The notes under the pieces are model-generated. The model was not told where the DNA came from, ran no database searches, and saw only the letters and a program-made list of their open reading frames with translations. A DNA stretch of 57,533 bases, filler included, from Jimgerdemannia flammicorona (Eukaryota): the NCBI GenBank assembly GCA_003990765.1. It is 3 parts of 3 records of this genome, joined end to end, with 100 filler letters (N's around TTAATTAATTAA, not from the genome) between each part and the next. Parts side by side here need not be neighbours in the genome. Positions count along the whole stretch, not along the records: positions 38,424 to 57,533 come from RBNJ01002028.1; 2 more parts are not named here. The stretch is one strand, 5' to 3'. Below, piece by piece: positions 52,039 through 57,533 of the stretch; positions within the stretch are counted from its first letter, which is position 1, and each line of letters begins with the position of its first letter. Made by a program: the position numbers and the translations under genes.

Positions 52039-53099
52039 ATGAACGAAGTCGACACCTCCCTCTCGGCCCTGGACTCTCGCCTCCGTCACCTCGAACAGCT
52101 GCTCGGCACCGCCAAGGGGACTGCCACCGCCAAGGATGCCCTCCTGCAGCGGGTGGACGCCGTGCGCCGCCATCTGTCCACCACGCTCCGGGATCGCAAG
52201 TACATCCTCGATTTGCTGGAGAAATGTGCGTGCATGCCCGTTTTGGAGATGGAACTATTTGCCGCGCGGTTCTTCATTTATTATATTTGGGTCTGATTAT
52301 GATGAGGGATTTTCCTCCACACAGACGACGTCCACGCCAAAACCCTCGATCCCGCGGTTTCGGCGCTGGCGATTGAGCGCGAGATTCTGTCGCCCGAGGC
52401 CAAGGTCGAGATTGTGATCGCCGCGGAGGCGGAGCTCACGCAGTTTTCGGACGACCTGAAGCAGATCAAGGCTCTCGAGGGCGTCGTCAGCGGCGTGGAG
52501 CTGCAAGGTGAGGCCGATTGCGGTGGCGGTTGTCTAGGCGGATTGGGAGGTCCTTGTAGAAGGGAGGATTAGGCCGCTTGCATGTTAGTTTATGAGATGG
52601 AAGTGCAAGAATCGGGGATTATTTGAGTGACAATGTATCCGCGGCTCTCAATCTCCACGTAACCCCTCAGGCATCGCCACGCTGATCCCGCAGCTGGCGC
52701 CCATCGAGTCTATCCACATCGAGCAGTCCGTTCAGTCCATCGAGCTCTCCGCGCGTGTGTCCCAGCTCCTCAACAACTACAACGGCGTCGTATCCTTCTA
52801 AATTCTGTTGTTGTCCTATGCTACTCATGCCCAATTCTATTATTTTAGAGGGAAAGGATGAAGGAGAGATGATCTCCTGCGCGTCTCTATTCTCGTGTGC
52901 AAGACCTCATTATTCTTACAATAGTATATCGCGGATTTGAAACCATCGCTTGCGCCATTATTTCCTTAACATTTACTACGCCTCTCCACCGCCCTAGATC
53001 AACACTCTGTCGGAGATCTTCATCTCCTGGGACCACATTCTGACGTCGTTGGAGACGCATGTGATTACGCTGGAGAGGAGGAAGTCGGCGACCGACTGA
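52039..53099 (+). CDS. DCTN3: Dynactin subunit p22/p24 homologue, 4 exons
   Basis: LDSRLRHLEQLL; LSPEAKVEIVIAAE; LAPIESIHIEQ...VSQLLNNYNGV|INTLSEIFISWDHIL; TGA 53097-53099. Confidence 0.8.
52790..52997 (+). other. U12-type (minor spliceosome) GT-AG intron
   Basis: 5' splice site GTATCCTTC, branch point TTCCTTAAC at 52962-52970, 3' CTAG; splicing restores the frame. Confidence 0.85.
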
Positions 53100-54128
53100 G
53101 AAAAGAGGAGGGGTGGGCTTTACATCATGTGGATTCTGTGGTGTGCGTAGATGAGGGGAGTTTGTGGGATAATGTGTGTTGGTTGTATTGTGTATAATAA
53201 TACTATTATTACATTGTTCCCGCCTTTTTCCTTTTTATTTTTTTTTCCTGTGATATTTGGCCAGATTGAATGTGATAGAGGTTGTTATGGCCGCGATAAC
53301 CATCGCGATTTGCATGCTAGTTCGTTGGATTCACTTGCAGTATTTGACTGATTGTTGGCGAAAAGCCAATGCTGTCTTGGATTTTCATCGACATTCCTTA
53401 CGCAATTGTCCGTGAGCGTGCTCGACCATCGACCTTGTTCATGGTCTCTTGTCCGACGGACGCCGACCTCCTGGCGAAGGCGACAGGGTGGTCTTCCCGT
53501 TTAATATGGGCAGGGTAACGTCTGCGCCATTTTGTCCATGGTCTCAAGGAATTGCCTCCTTTCCTCTCTCGCACCTTTTTGCCAGCTTTCTCGCTTTAGC
53601 AGGTCGAATGGTGATCGCGGCGGCTTGCGGTGCGGCCGACGAGGCGAGACTGGTTGAGCTGAGGCCAGAGGGGTGAGCGATATACTTGATTATCGAGATC
53701 TCTCTCCATCTTCGATTTCGCCATCTGTCGACACTCGGCTTTGGGCGTGGGGTGCCATGTGCAAATATGTTCACCAAGGATGCTATTTACGGTTTTAGAC
53801 ACAGCGGCCAATGCCGCTTCAACCTTTTTCCCAAAATTCAAACGTGACATTGCGTCGCAAATTCTGTACACTGTCTACTTCTCCCACCCATTAGTGTTTT
53901 TGTCTGCCCAGAATGTCACGTAGCTCCTGGAACATTATTTCGACGACGAGGACGTTTAATGGAAAAAAAAAAAAAAAAAAAAAAAAAAAGGTGTGGATCG
54001 ACGGAGAGCAAGGGGAAGAAATAACAACAGAACAATTTACAGGAATTTACAGCCGGAAATAAATTGACAGTATTATGAAGGATGAAATAGGACTCATCTA
54101 TCACGCTTACATTGTTTTCGAAGTTCGT

Positions 54129-54164
<36 letters not shown>

Positions 54165-54237
54165 CCTCTCGGCGCAGTTCATAATATTCTCCCCTAAATT
54201 TATTCCTTGGCCGATTCGTTGAGCAGGGTTAGGTTAT

Positions 54238-54808
54238 TCATTTCTTCGGGGGATCGGAGAGGCGGACTGGTGAAGTGTTGGGATAAGATGTGAGTAGATC
54301 GTTGATGAGATCACAGATAATTTCCCCTTTCCATAATTATCATCTTGCGTGACATAACGAGTTGGGCATACTAATCGTCCGCTCTTTGAAAACTAGCTCT
54401 GTACCATCTCAAACCATATACAATGTGTCAGAAAATCTAGGATTCAGGGTACTCACGATAAAAGTTCACTACCACAGAGGTCAGCAGGAACACGCACAGC
54501 ACAGTAGGCCCGAACCTGTCGTCGTACGGCCCCGCCTCGCGCCTCCTAATCATGTCCGCACGCCAGTGGTAGGTAAAGAGCGCATAAATCATGACGGAAA
54601 GCGCAACGAATGTGAACAAGCCCGCCGAAATGCGGCCGACGCGGTCGCCAAAATTGAGGAGACCAATGGCGAGGCCGCCCATGACGACGGCGAACTGCAG
54701 CCAGGAGAGGAAAGTGCGCTCGTTGGCGAAGAAGACCTTGGGCTCGACGCGGACGGGGAGGGCGATACGCCTGCCGTTGGGGGCCTGCAGGAGAGGTTGG
54801 CTGGACAT
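54238..54808 (-). CDS. VTC1: Vacuolar transporter chaperone 1 (polyphosphate VTC complex subunit), 2 exons
   Basis: [24 protein letters not shown], three TM helices, [15 protein letters not shown] intron then LRLSDPPKK*. Confidence 0.95.
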
Positions 54809-54905
54809 GATTTGCTGAATAGGAGGGGGAGAAAGGGTGGAGAGATGGTGTTGGCGGTTAGATGGAAAAAGTTTTATTTATTTTACAGGGTAGATCAGAG
54901 CAGGG

Positions 54906-55129
54906 CACGTGTGGTAGATGGAGGAAAATCATTGGATGTGAATGTCACGTTTATGACGTAGCCACCAGAATGTTATTGCCACCTTTAGCGACTACATAGG
55001 ATTGAGGCGGAAGTTATGGATGTGGGATTATGGTATAGCGGGTATGATACTTTGAATCTTTTTCTTCCATTGACTTTATTGTTATCATTTATTGACAAAT
55101 CGTGCATAACTATACAAGAGGGTCACGTG
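54906..55129. promoter_or_regulatory. Cluster of Pho4-type E-boxes in the VTC1/GLS2 divergent promoter
   Basis: CACGTG at 54906 and 55124, CACGTT at 54946. Confidence 0.45.
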
Positions 55130-55217
55130 GAGTCAAGGGTATAATTTCCCATCAAATTTCAAATGCCGTGGCTTTTCGCTATCGGGTCTCGGACACTTGA
55201 CACTCGCCAACTCAACA

Positions 55218-57469
55218 ATGTTGCTGGGACGCCAGAAACTAAAACCACTCCTACTGCCCCTCCTCCTTCTCTCCGTCTTCCTTCTCCACTCCTCCATCGC
55301 CGTGAAGCGTGACGACTTCAAAACCTGCGACCAGGCCGCCTTCTGCCGCCGCAACCGCGCATATGCCGACAAAGCCCTCGCCGACTCGGGCCACTCACCC
55401 TACGCTCTTCTACCTGAATCCATCCGCTTCGACGATGGTCTCTTCACCGCCGACGTCCGCAACACGCTTACTAATATCATACTCACCTTCGAACTCCACC
55501 TGCTCGAGGACAATACCGCCCGCCTGCGCATCAACGAGAAGAAGCCGCTGAAGCCGCGTTATGACGAGCTGCCAGCCTTCGTACTCGCCAAGGAGCCCGT
55601 CCATATTAAGCCCGAAAAAGTTGCTCAGGACCAGGATGGTACCACTATCATCACCCTAGACGCCACGAAGAAGACTAAGGTCGTCGTCTCAGCGAACCCG
55701 CTCCGGGTCGATTTTTTGGTCGACGATGTGCCCGTCGTGAGCCTAAACGATCGTGGGTTCTTTAATTTTGAGCACTTAAGGAAAAAGCCGGAGCCTGAGC
55801 AGCCGAAGATGGTTGATCAGTCCGCCGAGCAGCAGGAGGATGCCGCGGCGGAGGTGACGGAACAGCCAGAAGAGGAGAGGCAGCTGTGGGAAGAGACATT
55901 CAAGACTTGGACTGATCCAAAGCCCAATGGTGAGTATAGAATATTGATGCTATCTCGGCAAGATATTGTGTGGCGCATAACCGCTTTTTACGGAGAGAGA
56001 AAGGTATCCAAAAAAAAAAAAAAAATGCGAATGTTACGTGGAATATGAAATGGAATCATGACAACTCGCGATCCACATATGTTTCATTTATTATTCTTTC
56101 CTACGTATCTTTGCATACTCGAGGTCCTGAATCCGTTGCCATGGACATCTCATTCCCCGGCTTCGCGTACGTCTATGGTGTTCCTGAGCACGCCTCGAGC
56201 CTCTCGCTCAAGGAGACTCGGTATATTACGCTCTTCCTTCCTGCTGTACAGTTTACAAATGTGTACACGCATGATTTCTATCTTAACCATCCCGCAATAC
56301 ACACTTCCCACAGTGGCGGCGATAACGCTTACACCGAGCCTTATCGCTTGTACAACCTTGACGTCTTCGAGTACGAGGTCGACAACCCGATGGCTCTGTA
56401 TGGGTCGATTCCCTTCATGTTGGCGCACCGCAAGGACCTGTCAGCTGCCGTGTTCTGGATGAATGCCGCTGAGACGTGGATTGATGTTGTCAAGACTCAG
56501 GACGGAAAGGTACATACTGTCCTTCTCATTACGCAAAGGGTCTTTGCACACCCGTCGACTCGATCACTTGCTCATCCCATGCAACCAATCTTTCATTCCG
56601 TCATCCCCGTAGTCTCAATCCACCCTCCGTCGCCTCCTCCCCTTCGTCACCAACCCCCCAACCAAATCCTCGACGCACACTCACTGGATCTCCGAAGCCG
56701 GTATCGTCGATCTCTTCGTCTTCCTCGGCCCGACCAACGAGGATATCTTCCGCCAGTACACAGCTCTGACTGGTGCCCCCGCCATGCCTGCGTCGTTCGC
56801 CATCGCATACCATCAGTGTCGCTGGAACTACATCAACCAGAACGACGTGGCTGAGGTCGACGCCGGGTTCGACACCCATGACATTCCCTACGACGTTATC
56901 TGGCTGGACATTGAACATACGGATGGAAAGAGATACATGACCTGGGATGAGGCCAAGTTCCCGGATCCTATGAAGATGCAGAACGAGTTGGCGGCGAAGG
57001 GTAGGAAGGTACGACTGCTTGATTCATTTCTCTACTTTTCTTGAGGTCTTATGCCCCGATCGTAAACCTCAACGCCTTACATCTTCTCTGTTCCGTTCCC
57101 ACCCGACCCCAGCTTGTGACGATCGTCGATCCGCACATCAAACACGACGACAACTACCACATCTCCAAAGAGGCGCAGGACCTCGGGCTCTTCGTCAAGA
57201 CGCCCGCAGGCGACGACTACGAGGGCTGGTGCTGGCCCGGCTCGTCCTCGTGGGTCGACTACACGAACCCCGCGGCGCGCAACTGGTGGATTAAGAAGTT
57301 CGCGTTCGACCAGTACAAGCACACTACCGAGAACTTGCATATCTGGAACGACATGAACGAGCCCAGCGTCTTCAACGGACCCGAGATCACCATGCAAAAG
57401 GAGATGATCCATCATGGCCAATGGGAACATCGCGTGCTGCATAACGTTTTCGGGACTATTTATGTGAGT

Positions 57470-57522
<53 letters not shown>

Positions 57523-57533
57523 TCATTTTTTTT
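55218..57533 (+). CDS. ROT2: Glucosidase II alpha subunit (GH31), multi-exon, 3' truncated by the window end
   Basis: Signal peptide then [47 protein letters not shown]; catalytic [15 protein letters not shown]. Confidence 0.97.

Noticed and set aside
53300..53900. GC-rich short ORFs between DCTN3 and VTC1
   Set aside because: No recognisable domain or consistent splice model
1..57533. CRISPR array, rRNA or tRNA genes
   Set aside because: No repeat-spacer pattern, rRNA motifs or cloverleaf seen; eukaryotic context

Overview
Eukaryotic, intron-rich fungal DNA, most consistent with Mucoromycota; an Endogonales-like large genome is my inference only. There are two GC-balanced gene islands. The first (~4.2-11.0 kb) holds a YEATS/ET Taf14-like gene and a phosducin-like gene. 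The second (~38.75-57.5 kb) holds a GST, a divergent pair of small HSPs, an aromatic amino-acid decarboxylase, eIF3c, an alpha/beta hydrolase, dynactin p22/24, VTC1 and a partial glucosidase II alpha. The islands are separated by AT-rich, CpG-stripped transposon graveyards (1-4.2 kb and ~11.1-38.7 kb). The large block contains a Penelope-like retroelement with direct and inverted pseudo-LTRs and no visible GIY-YIG, an L1-like LINE relic, a copia relic, and two related Ty3/Gypsy elements. One Gypsy is full length with a dUTPase and an extra 3' ORF; it has been hit by a Tc1 transposon and by an in-frame, TSD-flanked U6 snRNA copy. The DCTN3 gene carries a U12-type minor intron. Two 100-bp N/TTAATTAATTAA spacers are assembly linkers, so adjacency across them is unproven. 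All calls come from reading the sequence; no searches were run.
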